NCBI RefSeq assembly: GCF_001194135.2
Contig: NC_068988.1
Span: forward strand, 46,758,421-46,821,876
Origin: Octopus bimaculoides
Lineage: Eukaryota
Direction of reading: 5' to 3'
DNA length: 63,456 nucleotides
Each line of letters starts with the position of its first letter. The stretch's first letter is position 1. The position numbers were made by a program, and so were the translations under genes. Positions 1 to 12,311 of this stretch are shown here, in pieces. The notes below the pieces were generated by a model that did no database searches, had not been told where the DNA came from, and was given only the letters and a program-made list of their open reading frames with translations.

Positions 1-21
1 TCGATTCCAGGCAGTGACCTG

Positions 22-86
<65 letters not shown>

Positions 87-290
87 CAACAACAACAACC
101 ACAACAGCAACATCGAAAAATTCCTTAGGAATGAGAACCCAGGTTCGAAATTTCTCCAAGACACCTGATGAAAGCTGGAGGGTATATCAGCCGAAATGTG
201 TTAACAACAAACAAGATGAGGACAAATATTCGTCAAATATAAATAATGTAAACAATGTAGATAATTCCTCATCTCTTAAATATAGAACTG
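1..290 (+). mobile_element. PLE-terminus family copy 1: end of tRNA-like head (B box), (AAT)n/(AAC)n spacer, minimal HHR and tail; cut by the window start
   Basis: TCGATTCCAGGCAGTGACCTGAA at 1-23, AAT run, then GAACCCAGGTTCGAAATTT..GACACCTGATGA..CAGCCGAAA..ACAAGATGAGGACAAATAT; collinear with the copies at 11885-12311, 25297-25556 and 26899-27188. Confidence 0.85.
160..202 (+). ncRNA. Minimal type I hammerhead ribozyme motif, degenerate (CGT of stem III missing)
   Basis: GACAC-CTGATGA-A-AGCTG(GAGGGTATAT)CAGCC-GAAA-T-GTGTT; stem I GACAC/GTGTT, stem II GCTG/CAGC. Confidence 0.65.
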
Positions 291-779
291 AAATACACAC
301 GGTACATATTTTCTTCAATTGTATCAATAGACCTTATTCTAAAAGTCAATATTAGTCATGTAAATTTTAAATTTATACTATCACTGCATAAAAATAAGTT
401 TAAATAGTCACTGCTGTGCTATGCTAATTTGTTCATCCATAAAAAATGACCTCGAGTATGTAGTTGTGTTTTTCTTTGTTTCACACTTTCTCTTTCTCTC
501 TATCATTCTGAGCCATTTCATTCTGCCTCCGTTTCATTCTGCCTCCATCTCTACTACAGTGTAGATATCATGTCCTATTAAATTGCCTGAACTGAAATTT
601 TAAATCACCATATATTTGAAAGATTTCGTTAAAGCTGTATATTCGTTGTTTCAGCAAGACCGTCATTGAATAGAAGCTAACGATACATTACGAAAGAAGA
701 CTTTGTAATCGTGTCAGAAGATAAAACTTTCAGATTTTGTTATGTTGTATGACATGACGCCACACCTAAAAAAGAAATA

Positions 780-877
780 AATAAACGTTTGCAATGTGAT
801 TTATATATGAATCTGCACACATGCACATGTACATGCGTACTTACAGATATATTTGCATATATATGAGTGCATACGCA

Positions 878-918
<41 letters not shown>

Positions 919-1070
919 TTGTACGTGTGTATATAGGCATATATATATATATGCATATATATATATGTATGTATATATGTATGTGTGTGTTTATATAATT
1001 ATATGCCTATATATATGCGTATTCACATATATAAAGTATATTTGTGCATATTTACACACACAAACACACG

Positions 1071-1103
<33 letters not shown>

Positions 1104-1105
1104 GT
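780..1105. repeat. Compound (TA)n/(CA)n/(TG)n microsatellite
   Basis: Direct reading; source of the spurious YIYI/HTHT ORFs. Confidence 0.95.
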
Positions 1106-1559
1106 AGAAATATGTATATATTTGCGTGTTTATGGTTGCTGCTTATTGTCATTGTCTTCTCATAATGTGACCAGATATTATGACAGTATTTAGTGTTTGA
1201 GAGTAGTAACATCTGATGACGTTTTAGTAAGTCAATCAACACTAAGACTCTTTAGTTAATAACAATGAATTCTTAGTAATTGTGCATTACTACAATTACC
1301 TTATCGAAATTATATATTCATCAAGTGGTGGAGAATCCCCGGCTTCTGATAGTACAGTAGGGTAACCGTTCTTACATAAAGTATTTCCTTCACCTATTTA
1401 AACTTCCTGAAGCTCATTCGCCTCCAAACCTGAATACAGCCAATTTCGTTAATGAGAAAATGGGAGAGAGTGGAGAGACGGGGAGAGAGTGAGAGAGAGA
1501 AATGGAGAGAGGGAGGGAGGAAGGGGGAGTGGTTGATAGAAGAAGGGACTACCTCAGTA

Positions 1560-1690
1560 ATTGACTGGAACTTTATATATCGACTCTGAAAGGATGAAAT
1601 GCAAACCTGGCATCGATTGGATGTCAGTGCATAAGCCGAAACAAATACTACAAAGCATTTCATTCGATGCTCTAAAGAATCTGTCAACCG
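1560..1690 (-). mobile_element. SINE family A fragment (tRNA-derived, central GGATGAAAGGCAAAGTCGACC-type domain)
   Basis: Diverged match to the copies at 31915-32140, 50325-50540 and 51010-51225. Confidence 0.55.
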
Positions 1691-1849
1691 ATACCCTTAT
1701 ATGTCTATATATGAATGATTATGTGTGTGATTGTGTTTGTGAGGGTGGGGTGCAATTACATGTATCTGGATATGATATCAACGGCACTGTCAATTTGCTA
1801 ACACTACTATAGCAGATATGGAGGGGACACAAAGTGCTGATGGAAAGGG

Positions 1850-2400
1850 TAGAAAGATGCCTAACTAATAAAAAAGGAGTTCGTTCTAGTGCCAACAGTG
1901 CTTTGTATCAGGGTTCTATCAATCATTCAGCGATTTATAACGATCGTTTTTGATGATAAGCACCATAAAACGTGATAAAGGCAGAGCAAGCAGGATTTAG
2001 AAGCGATAAATCATGTATTGAGCAGATTCTTAAACCCCACCGATTCTTATCGAGCAGTTCTGAAACTTCATCGAATTCGTAGGAACTTCCAACATTGTTG
2101 AGAAGAACATGATTTGGAATCAACTCCACCATTACGAGACCTCCACAAATGCTCGTTAATATCATTGACAGACGTTTATCAAATGATATAGTATGAGATA
2201 GTGGAAATCTTTCAAATTAGAACATGGAATTAAGCACGTATGTAAATATTAACACAGATGGCTTTCTTGGTAGCAATTATTTGGGAGGTACTCCAATGTA
2301 AATTGCGATTATTAAACATCACCCAATGAGATATCGCGGAAAACATCAACTACCGTTAAGCTAAAAGCAGACACATACTTTGAGCCACTGATAACAACAA
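1850..2400 (+). pseudogene. RTE-clade non-LTR reverse transcriptase relic
   Basis: Translates AEQAGFRSDKSCIEQIL at about 1981-2030, matching RT domain 2 (EQAGFR...SC.DQI); frameshifted downstream. Confidence 0.6.
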
Positions 2401-3132
2401 AGCTCTTAATGGAATTTATGACGTCTTGCCTCACATTCCTACAAGAGTAAACACCTCTTTCACCTTCATCTTGTCACTCTATGTATTTCACAAAATCAGA
2501 AAACATTTCTTTCTTTTGTGCTAGTGTTGTATTATAACATTTCTTTCTCCATTTTCAAAAATCTTTTATATCTCACTTCTCTCCCAACAATACTAACGTT
2601 CATACCCTGCAGACATTTCTACCACTATCTCCACATTCCACGTGCCCTCGCTTTCACATCACACTCACACCTGCCACCAGCTGCTCACACCTGCTGCCAC
2701 CTCCTCACACTCACACCTACAGTTACCTCAGCACTTTCACACTTTTCCTCTCACCAATAAGATTACACATACACATCAACACCAAGACCTAATGCTACCA
2801 GTATCCTGCACCACTATACATTCACACTCGCACACCTTTACACGAATAAACCCACTCGAAAAGTCACTTACGCATCTCTTTCACTCTTTTTCTCTCCTCT
2901 AATACTTTTTCATATTTTTCTTCTTATGAAGAACTAGCGTCAAAAACTTATGACGTTTTCACCGCTTTCAAGTGTTAACTTAATACACCATTTGTTAAAC
3001 TTGCTCTACCTGTGTTGTCTTCTTTTATTTTGTGTTCATTGCATTTGGTATCTATGTATGCGTGCGTGTGTGCATGGGTATGTGTTTTCAAGTATATATA
3101 CACACACACACACACACACGCAGATATATACG

Positions 3133-3201
<69 letters not shown>

Positions 3202-3262
3202 GTGTGTGTGTGTGTGTTTGCGTGTGTTTGTGTGTGTGTGTGTGTTTGTGTGTGTATGTATA

Positions 3263-3425
3263 GGCACAGACGTGGCTCTGTGCTGAGAAGTTTGCTTCGA
3301 TACCACTTGGTTTTGGCTTCAGTCTCATTGCACATGGAACCTTTGGGGACGGTCTTCTATTGCTACGGACTGACCGAACCCATGTGAGTGAATTTGGTGG
3401 ACGGAAACTAAAAGCAGCCAGCTGC
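3263..3425 (+). mobile_element. SINE family B, 5' half (tRNA-like head plus GACGGAAACTGAAAGAAGCC-type segment)
   Basis: Homologous to 9540-9955, 17243-17625 and 35525-35690. Confidence 0.75.
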
Positions 3426-3449
3426 ATATATATTTTGATTTTTTCGACA

Positions 3450-5190
3450 TATCCATGGGCTCATCCGACTCAACTAAGGTCACTGACCTACTGGCGTTAC
3501 ACCTCTGTTATCAGCTTCGTCTATACTTTCCTACAATTCGTGGTAGATTTTATTGTGACAACGATCTTCTCATTACTACCGGCCTATCTAAACGGCACTC
3601 AGGAGAACCAGAAAAGCTCTCTGTAAATTCTTCACTAACTTTAGCTTAAACACTAAATTTTAAGACATAACCTTTGATTTAAACTCTTCTTGTATTCTAG
3701 TCCCGTATGTTTAATGAGTATCTAAAGAATATTGCTCTTCACCCTAATAACCATAGGTATGTTTTATAAAGCATAAGTTATGGTATCTCTATTAGAATTT
3801 CCGATTTGTCTGCAACTGAAAAAGAATATATTTAATAAGCATGCCACCTATTATAATCAAGCACCATCAGCCAGTGGGTTTTCTCACAATATAAAATCTT
3901 ACCTAACACTAAGCTTAAGAATTACTTAACACAGTTCGATCCTATTTCTAGTCTCTCGAAAGCTACGAACATAACATTCCCCACTAGATATAGAAATATG
4001 CATCCCAGTCTCTCACCTCATAACAAACAAAACGCAGTACACGTCCAACGGCCTTTCTTAAACCCAACAGAACTCACACGATAAATAAACTTCGGGATAA
4101 AATTATATTCCAAATACCTTCTAGGAACTTCAATTACATGCCCCCAATATAATTAAATAAAAGCAGGAACTAAATATATTTTGGTATACATTCTCTTCTC
4201 TTTCAATGTTAAGGGCCTATCTAAGCAATTTTTTGTCATTATTCAAACCACTTTCCTACCACAGCATAAATATCACTCAATTTTTAATGTATCCCCTCTT
4301 AAATTATCCTATTCAGCTACACCTAATATCAGATAAATTATAGTTGCATCTAATAAGCGCAAATTTGACATACACAACTCAAATCTACAAAACAACCACA
4401 ACAACACACTACCACCACCGCCGCCACCGCCGCCACCNNNNNNNNNNNNCCACCACCACCACCACCACCACCACCACTACCAACAACAGCAGCAGTAGCA
4501 GCAACAATATTAACAACAACAATAGTGATTACACAACCAAGCACGGCAACTGCGTAGGATTAATTAACTCTCAAGGGACTGGAACATCGATGTTCTCTAT
4601 CACCAATACTTCTAATACAGCCAATCTAAACAATAATAGCATTCATAACACTGACAACACCCACAGAATATTGCACAGACGAGAAATACGAATTGAACGA
4701 ACGTAACTTAACACATCATTGGTTATCTTTAGTTACACCGATAGTAATTCACTTAATTAGCAGAACGCTAAACAAGTAACTCCAATTGTAACTTTATAGT
4801 ATTTGATAATTGCCCTTTACAAGCTAACTACAGAAGATGTAACGTAATACAAGTCAACACTAGATAGACAGCAAAACTCTCACAAGGTTTACATCGGAGC
4901 GACTGTTAATTTTAAGCAACGATACTCATCACACTTAAACGCCTTCAAATATGAAAACCACAGCAGACCTACTTCTCTAGCTGACCACATACACAAACTT
5001 TGGAACAAATATACCATACGATATAACATGGTCCGTTATTCACTCTTCCATACCAGGACCAAAGTGCTCCGTGTTATTTATGCTTGAAAGAATCTGTACA
5101 AATACTAGAACATAACCCAACACAATTATTAAACACAAAATATGAAGCATTCTCCTTTTGTGTCCATAAATTCTATAAGACCTTTTGATT
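3450..5190 (+). pseudogene. Neptune-type Penelope-like element: RT C-terminal half, low-complexity linker and GIY-YIG endonuclease, disrupted
   Basis: MGSSDSTKVTDLL...GRFYCDNDL (Neptune MGSYDGAEVCEL...GLYRDDGL); NF*DITFDLN; RISDLSATEKE..NKHATYYNQAPSASGFSH; HKYHSIFNVSPLKLSYSATPNI; DNCPLQ..KVYIGATVNFKQRYSSHLNAFKYENHSRPTSLADHI..CYLCLKESVQIL..LLNTKYE. Confidence 0.85.
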
Positions 5191-5971
5191 TTACTATAAA
5201 TCTTAATGCAGTAAGACGAGTCTCTCTGTATAATTCTCTGACACTTTACTTTTATGTAAACGTAGTTAAGATGTAGCATAAGCTTATCTAATTAAGTTAG
5301 TATATTTAGATTTTTATCGTATTCATCTGTTTTAACTCGTCATACATTGTTGTATTACTTATACTTTCTCTCTTCACCTAACTCATAATGTATACATTAT
5401 CTATTTAAAAACGTTAGTTAAATTAAATTAATATATTTTATTTGCTTGTATTTAATTTAATTTAATTTTATCTTAATCTGTTATACTTTACTTTATTCGA
5501 ATTTAATAATAACTTAATATTTTATTCAATCTCAGTGAACTTACACTTTCAATACTACTTTTGTTTTAATTCTATAACTGACACCATCATAACCAGTTAA
5601 ATGAAACCCTGATCTCTTTATTCCTCTACACTATAACCTCCCTCCTAATATTTAGTATAACTCCATCCCCACGACACACTATGCTAAACTGCTATTGTCT
5701 GTAGACTTTCTCTATCGTAGTTGAAACCCTAAAACGCGATCCCACTCCCTGTGGCTATCTGATAATTCTAACCCACACTGGCCATCGCCACTACAAATGG
5801 GTTGTTTCCATTATACATATGGCCTTACCACTGAACCTCTCCTTCCCTACTGATTTCAGCATGCCCTATTCCTTTATATGTGTGTATACGTATGTATGTA
5901 TGAATATATAAAGGAGTGTGTTTGTGAGGGGATGTATGTGTGTGTACACACACAGACACACACATACACAA

Positions 5972-6236
5972 ATCAATTTAATACACAACTGAAAAAGCTA
6001 GTAATAGTTTCATGCTCTTATGATTCATAAAATACGCCACGTATCTCAAAGCAATCTTTCAAGCTCTGTTTAGCTTATTTTCTAGTATGGGTATATCATT
6101 TTATGGAGTAATCAACGGTATATAAATCTATGTATAATTTTTTTTAAAGAATCCGTAGAGTCACTCAACTTTATCTGGCTAAAATCCAAAGAACGTAGAA
6201 ATTAAATTTGCAACAGAAACCGACATATTTGGAGGT
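5972..6236 (-). mobile_element. Inverted partial copy of the adjacent MITE
   Basis: 5972-6221 is the diverged reverse complement of 6324-6590 (e.g. ATCAATTTAATACACAAC; AATACGCCA.GTAT.TCAA.GCAATCTTTCA). Confidence 0.8.
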
Positions 6237-6286
6237 ATATAGTTTATAAATCAAATGGCAGTAGAATGAACAAGACAAGAAAAATA

Positions 6287-6612
6287 CTCCATCCAGTGAC
6301 AGATAAATATCTATAAATGCGTGGGTTTCTATTGCAAATTCAATTTCCACATTGTTTGGCGTACAGACAGATAATGTTGAGTAATTCTAAAAATTCTTCA
6401 AAAGTTTATAGACCATATTAGGATCTATATCCCATAGGGTACTCCATAAAAAATACCTACACCAGCAAATAAACTAAACAGAACCTGAAAGATTGCATTG
6501 AAATACATGGCGTATTTGTAAATATGCCTGTTCAAGTATCACAAAAGCATGAAACTATTTGTAGCTCTTTCGGTTGTGTATTAAATTGATATTCATCTCT
6601 CACTGGATGGAG
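6287..6612 (+). mobile_element. 326-bp MITE with about 26-bp TIRs, Tc1/mariner-like ends
   Basis: Perfect 13-bp IR CTCCATCCAGTGA (6287-6299) / TCACTGGATGGAG (6600-6612), extending imperfectly to about 26 bp; TA on the left flank, CA on the right. Confidence 0.7.
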
Positions 6613-6644
6613 CACTGTTTTTGTTGATTCTACCTCTATTGGAT

Positions 6645-6702
<58 letters not shown>

Positions 6703-6737
6703 GTCTGTCTGTCTGTCTGTCTGTCTCTGTCTCTCTC

Positions 6738-6775
<38 letters not shown>

Positions 6776-7755
6776 NNNNNNNNNNNNNNNNNNNNNNNNN
6801 NNNNNNNNNNNNNNNNNNNNNNNNNNNNNNNNNNNNNNNNNNNNNNNNNNNNNNNNNNNNNNNNNNNNNNNNNNNNNNNNNNNNNNNNNNNNNNNNNNNN
6901 NNNNNNNNNNNNNNNNNNNNNNNNNNNNNNNNNNNNNNNNNNNNNNNNNNNNNNNNNNNNNNNNNNNNNNNNNNNNNNNNNNNNNNNNNNNNNNNNNNNN
7001 NNNNNNNNNNNNNNNNNNNNNNNNNNNNNNNNNNNNNNNNNNNNNNNNNNNNNNNNNNNNNNNNNNNNNNNNNNNNNNNNNNNNNNNNNNNNNNNNNNNN
7101 NNNNNNNNNNNNNNNNNNNNNNNNNNNNNNNNNNNNNNNNNNNNNNNNNNNNNNNNNNNNNNNNNNNNNNNNNNNNNNNNNNNNNNNNNNNNNNNNNNNN
7201 NNNNNNNNNNNNNNNNNNNNNNNNNNNNNNNNNNNNNNNNNNNNNNNNNNNNNNNNNNNNNNNNNNNNNNNNNNNNNNNNNNNNNNNNNNNNNNNNNNNN
7301 NNNNNNNNNNNNNNNNNNNNNNNNNNNNNNNNNNNNNNNNNNNNNNNNNNNNNNNNNNNNNNNNNNNNNNNNNNNNNNNNNNNNNNNNNNNNNNNNNNNN
7401 NNNNNNNNNNNNNNNNNNNNNNNNNNNNNNNNNNNNNNNNNNNNNNNNNNNNNNNNNNNNNNNNNNNNNNNNNNNNNNNNNNNNNNNNNNNNNNNNNNNN
7501 NNNNNNNNNNNNNNNNNNNNNNNNNNNNNNNNNNNNNNNNNNNNNNNNNNNNNNNNNNNNNNNNNNNNNNNNNNNNNNNNNNNNNNNNNNNNNNNNNNNN
7601 NNNNNNNNNNNNNNNNNNNNNNNNNNNNNNNNNNNNNNNNNNNNNNNNNNNNNNNNNNNNNNNNNNNNNNNNNNNNNNNNNNNNNNNNNNNNNNNNNNNN
7701 NNNNNNNNNNNNNNNNNNNNNNNNNNNNNNNNNNNNNNNNNNNNNNNNNNNNNNN
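6776..7755. other. Assembly gap; other gaps at 4438-4449, 11413-11482, 16707-16716, 17683-18031, 19571-19627, 20609-21480, 28699-about 29545, 56099-56454, 58411-58420, 58616-58695 and 59887-60049
   Basis: N runs, most flanked by microsatellites. Confidence 0.99.
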
Positions 7756-7759
7756 TGTT

Positions 7760-8275
7760 TTTTTTTTTTTTCTGTCGAACCATTTCTCAGGTTCTACAAT
7801 ACGACATTTTATGGCCCATTTTACCGCACTTGAAGCATTTTATATTTTTTAACGTTCAGTTATTTTTAAAATGTATACCACCGCATCCATATCGCGGATT
7901 TAGTCTTCAAATCTTTTCTCTTTTTTCTTATTCCTTACCGGTGGACACACTTGAACATGAGAGCTGTCTTTCTCTTCAATCTTATCTGAGTTATGTAAAG
8001 ATTTATAATCCTCATTCATTCTTCTGCTACTGCTTATGAAGTTAATTTGTAGTCCTGTTCTAATTTTGTTAATATCCGGGAACATATATCTGCACTTTTG
8101 TTTGCAGTAAGCCCTTGAACGAAAATTTAACACCTGAGAATATCCGAGGTCAGTTCATTTAATTTGAATTCCCCCCACTCTCTGTTAACGAAATCTTCAT
8201 CATTTTTTTTTTACCTAATTTCAACATTACCAGCGAGTATTGAACAGGGAACTTCTTTCATTGGCACAACTTTGG
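7760..8275 (-). pseudogene. Ty3/Gypsy gag relic with double zinc knuckle
   Basis: ERSSLFNTRW..DEDFVNREWGEFKLNELTSDILRC*IFVQGLTANKSADICSRILTKLEQDYKLT and RYGCGGIHFKNN*TLKNIKCFKCGKMGHKMSYCR (CX2CX4HX4C from 7837 downward). Confidence 0.8.
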
Positions 8276-8506
8276 AACGGGCTGCGGTATAGGGTATCCA
8301 GCGACATCATTCCCTTGCATTGTGTATCGAATGTTGGCGCAAATCAGTAACTCAGTTGTCTTTCAGTAGATTGTTAGCATATTAGCAGCAGCAATCTTTA
8401 CATGGGAGTCGCCAAATTTGATGATGTGGGGTTACAACTGAGTTTGGATGATAAACACGGGTAGGACTGTTGTCTATACTTGTGTGTAACCTGGCTTATG
8501 ATGGTA

Positions 8507-8543
8507 TATCTGGATTGTCAGCTGCCAGCTGACAATCCAGATA
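8507..8543. repeat. Perfect 17-bp inverted repeat with 3-nt loop
   Basis: TATCTGGATTGTCAGCT-GCC-AGCTGACAATCCAGATA. Confidence 0.95.
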
Positions 8544-8939
8544 GCAGGGGGTACATCTAGTGGCAACAATAAGATTGTTCATTTTTCCTGTTGAGGGACA
8601 CTGCAGGTTTCTGGAGTACATGTAGTCTCTCGCGAAGACAGAATTTGTTAGTGCGAGTACCAGGTGAAAAGTGGGGAATCTGTTTATGATATTCCATGTG
8701 ATGTTGGGGAAGTCTTTCTGATAGTTATAGAGTCCCTAGATAGAGCGAAACAAGGTAAGAGAATTTTTCCTGACTCAAATCTCTCACTCTTCTCCAGATA
8801 TTTGATGAGATGGAGACATTCTAAACAGCCATGAAACTTTAAGTCATATGGAGCTGAAGCAAACTGCAATTAAAAATATATGTAACTCCTACAAACTGTG
8901 TTGAGTGCTATCTTTCTTCATTTGTTCACTCATGTATAT

Positions 8940-9025
<86 letters not shown>

Positions 9026-9539
9026 GTATAAAATTATACACGTACGTATACGCACGCACGTATATATATATTTACATATATATGTACATATACATACACA
9101 CAAGAAATATATATGTATATATCTATCTATCGATTTATGTATGTATGCATGTATGTACGTAGTACGTATGTATGTATGTACGTAGTACGTATGCATGTAT
9201 GTATGTATGTATGTATGTATCTATGTATGTATATATGTATGTATAAGGAAGTTGCTTGTCATTTCAAACCACCCACTTCAACTTAATTATACAATTCACA
9301 TCCGTACAGAGTATGGCATATTCATTAAAACAGATGTTTTAATAATGAGTTGGTGGAAGTTTGGTATTTGTTGTGATACAATGTGAATTGAATACATATT
9401 TCTTTTGTGCTAACCTCAAGTTAGTTATGAAGAACCCGTTTTATGGCAGACATGTAGTGAAATAAATAATGAGGTGTGACGTCAGCATCTCTCTCCCGAC
9501 TTAGTCAAGGAAATGGAGTTGTGCTACTGTTGATGTCTG

Positions 9540-9955
9540 GTATGGCCGTGTGGTAAGAAGTTTACCTCTCAACCACATGATTCCGGGTTTAGTGACACAT
9601 AATGACCCCTTGGACAAATGTCTTCTCCAATGGACTTGGAGCGACCAAAGCTTCGTGAGCGGATTCTGAAGATGGAAACTTAAAAGAAGCCCGTCATATG
9701 CACATACACACACGTATGTATATGTATGTATATACCTATGTGTATGTCTTTGTACTTGTGGTTGTTTCCCACTACTGCTTGGCAGCTGGTGTTGGTTTGT
9801 TTATGCCTCCGTGTGTTAGTGGTTCAGCAAGAAGAGACTGATGGAATAAGTACCAGACTTATACAGAAAAAATGAAACAATGAGGTCGATCAATACCTTG
9901 AAGGTGGTGCCCCAGTATGACCGCAGTCTAATGACTGAAACAAGTAAAGGTAAAA
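9540..9955 (+). mobile_element. SINE family B, near full length (head, internal microsatellite, 3' half ending GACTGAAACAAGTAAA)
   Basis: A-box-like TGGCCGTGTGG, B-box-like CCGGGTTTAGT; collinear with 17243-17625. Confidence 0.8.
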
Positions 9956-10289
9956 CATATATAAGCAGAGGTACGGATTTTACAGTAATATTGCATAAAA
10001 GAAACATATCTGTAATTTACCCAACTGAAATTCACACAATCTACATTCCCATTCTCTTGTTATTGTCGTCTTGTCCTCATTACACCAATGTACTGACACT
10101 TTAATCTTGTGCATACATTACTAACAATACCACTAAAAGACGATGACCCTACACTATGTATAAGGCTTCATATCTACTCCTCTTAAACGTATATCTATAT
10201 TACTGCACTTTTATTTACTTTCACTTCTAACGGTTTTGATTAGTTGCAAGATGAAATTGAGCAAGAGTTGAAATATCTTCAGTGGTTAC

Positions 10290-10850
10290 ACATGATAAAA
10301 CTTCCCTTTGTATCAAGACAGCCAGTGATGTCTTTCAAAAATCGGATACACTTTCATGGTTTCCAGATGGAATTTCAGTTGAGACAAAGTTAAAAGTCTG
10401 CAATACTTGTATTTTGCTTCCATTGCTACGTACATGTGAGAGAGGTCTTTGTCTCATTGAAAAGTTGCAGCAATTTCACTAACAGTGTCTCCACCGTATA
10501 CTGTGCATCATATGACAAATGTAAGTGATGTTGAAGTCCTTGTAAACAAGTCAATCTACCAGTATAGAGACCCTAGTACCACTTCAGAACCGATTAAGGT
10601 GAGGTGGTCATATGGTCAGGATAGAAGTCAATTGGAGCCTAAGCAATTTCTGTATCATGAGTTAACCCAGAGTAAAAGACCAGTGCACAGAAACGAAACT
10701 AAGATATAAGGGTTGTATCAAGAATGCACGAAGAAGATAAAATCTTGGAAAATAGAGAGGATCATTATAGATGCCATCACTCTTGATCATTCATTGTGGA
10801 AAAAGTTGTGAGTGATAGGAAGATGGAATTTGAAATAAATTGTGTCAGCT
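10290..10850 (+). pseudogene. RTE LINE 3' ORF relic (post-RT region)
   Basis: GISVETKLKVCNTCILLPLL..CE..EKLQQFH*QCLHRIL..SDVEVL..PKQFLYHELTQSKRPV..KLRYKGCIK, matching the RTE C-terminus pattern. Confidence 0.75.
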
Positions 10851-10984
10851 CTAGAAAGATGTTCGTAAGGGTCTTGATGTGAATTTCTTGGTGCATAGTC
10901 CAGTTTAACATGCAACGATTGTGGGCATGTCTGTTTAACTAAGGCAGGCTTTAGAGGTCATCAGAGAAACCACACACACAGACA

Positions 10985-11053
<69 letters not shown>

Positions 11054-11322
11054 CACACACATACACACAAACGCACGCACAGACCTACAGGGTAGTTGTT
11101 AACCATGTGGTGTCTTTGTTTGTAGAGAGTGTAGAAAAGTAAGCACCAAGAGGTGAACTGAAATGCCAGATGAATGATCACCAAAACAATTATTGTAGCA
11201 TTTACTGCAAGAGGCACCAAAGAAACCACATCTGTACTGCTTGTGTTTTAGAGAGTAACCAAGCAATGGCATTACTTGGAATCGAGCTGCAGTCATTTCA
11301 CATATACATATACATATATATG

Positions 11323-11373
<51 letters not shown>

Positions 11374-11884
11374 GTTTATATACATGTACATATATATACA
11401 TATATATATATANNNNNNNNNNNNNNNNNNNNNNNNNNNNNNNNNNNNNNNNNNNNNNNNNNNNNNNNNNNNNNNNNNNNNNGACATAAACATGCACAGA
11501 TACATTCATACGTGCACATATAACCGTATGCTTTTGTGGGTGTATGTATGCATATAAATAAATTCTTTTAATTTTGTTGTTTATTATGGCTAATTCCACA
11601 TAGTAGAATATGTTATTGAAAAACAAACTGTCACCGGTATTTAACTTCAGTGATTTATACTTTTTTAATATCGTTATGTATATTGCCTTTTCTAAAATAT
11701 CTTAATACTTTATAAATAAGTTCTACTAATGCTACCATAGTAAATTTTTTAACTATATCACAGGTTACTTAACAGCAGGCTTAATTTCAAAACTACTCTA
11801 AATGCATACAAACATGTGTCCATTTATATGTTAGTTTGTAATCTATGTAATATTGCCATAGATTACAAATACAGCTAATTGTTT

Positions 11885-12311
11885 TTATTTAAAATGGACG
11901 GATAGGTGTCCTCACCTTGTTTGTTGTTATCAGAACGTTTTGGCTGATATACTCTGCAGCCTTCATCAGGTGTTCTGGTGGAATTTTGAACCCAACCCTT
12001 TATTTGACTAATGGGGTACGCTGTTCTCACTCCTAAGGTATGTTGCTGGTGTTATTTTTCTGTTGGTATTATTCCTTGCCTGGGACTGAACTTAGAATTT
12101 GAGGGTTATTAGCCTGTGCTCTTATCCACTATGCTATATGCCTGTGGGTAATTATAGAGTGAATTTTAGGGCTTATAAACCTAGTATTTTATCTTTTCTT
12201 AATACTGGTTCCCATATTACATTCATATCTGCACTAGGCCTGCTAATGAAGTTATTGTGTCCTAGCATATGTGCAGCCTCTTTTAATTTTCATATTTTCC
12301 AGTGGTGTTCT
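11885..12311 (-). mobile_element. PLE 3' end (family copy 2): GIY-YIG C-terminus, 3' UTR, tRNA-like head, HHR and tail
   Basis: Minus frame EHHWKI*KLKEAAHMLGHNNFISRPSADMNVIWEPVLRKDK (12311 down to about 12185); then TAGCATAGTGG A box, AAGTTCAGTCCC B-box relic and HHR. Confidence 0.8.
11929..11976 (-). ncRNA. Minimal type I HHR motif (G12 to A)
   Basis: AGAACAC-CTGATGA-A-GGCTG(CAGAGTATAT)CAGCC-AAAA-CG-TT; palindromic ACGT stem III retained. Confidence 0.65.

Noticed and set aside
5720-5810. AAAACGCGATC..CTGATAA..AACCCA/TGGGTT in the Neptune 3' UTR
   Set aside because: An HHR is expected here, but the pieces do not assemble into a valid topology
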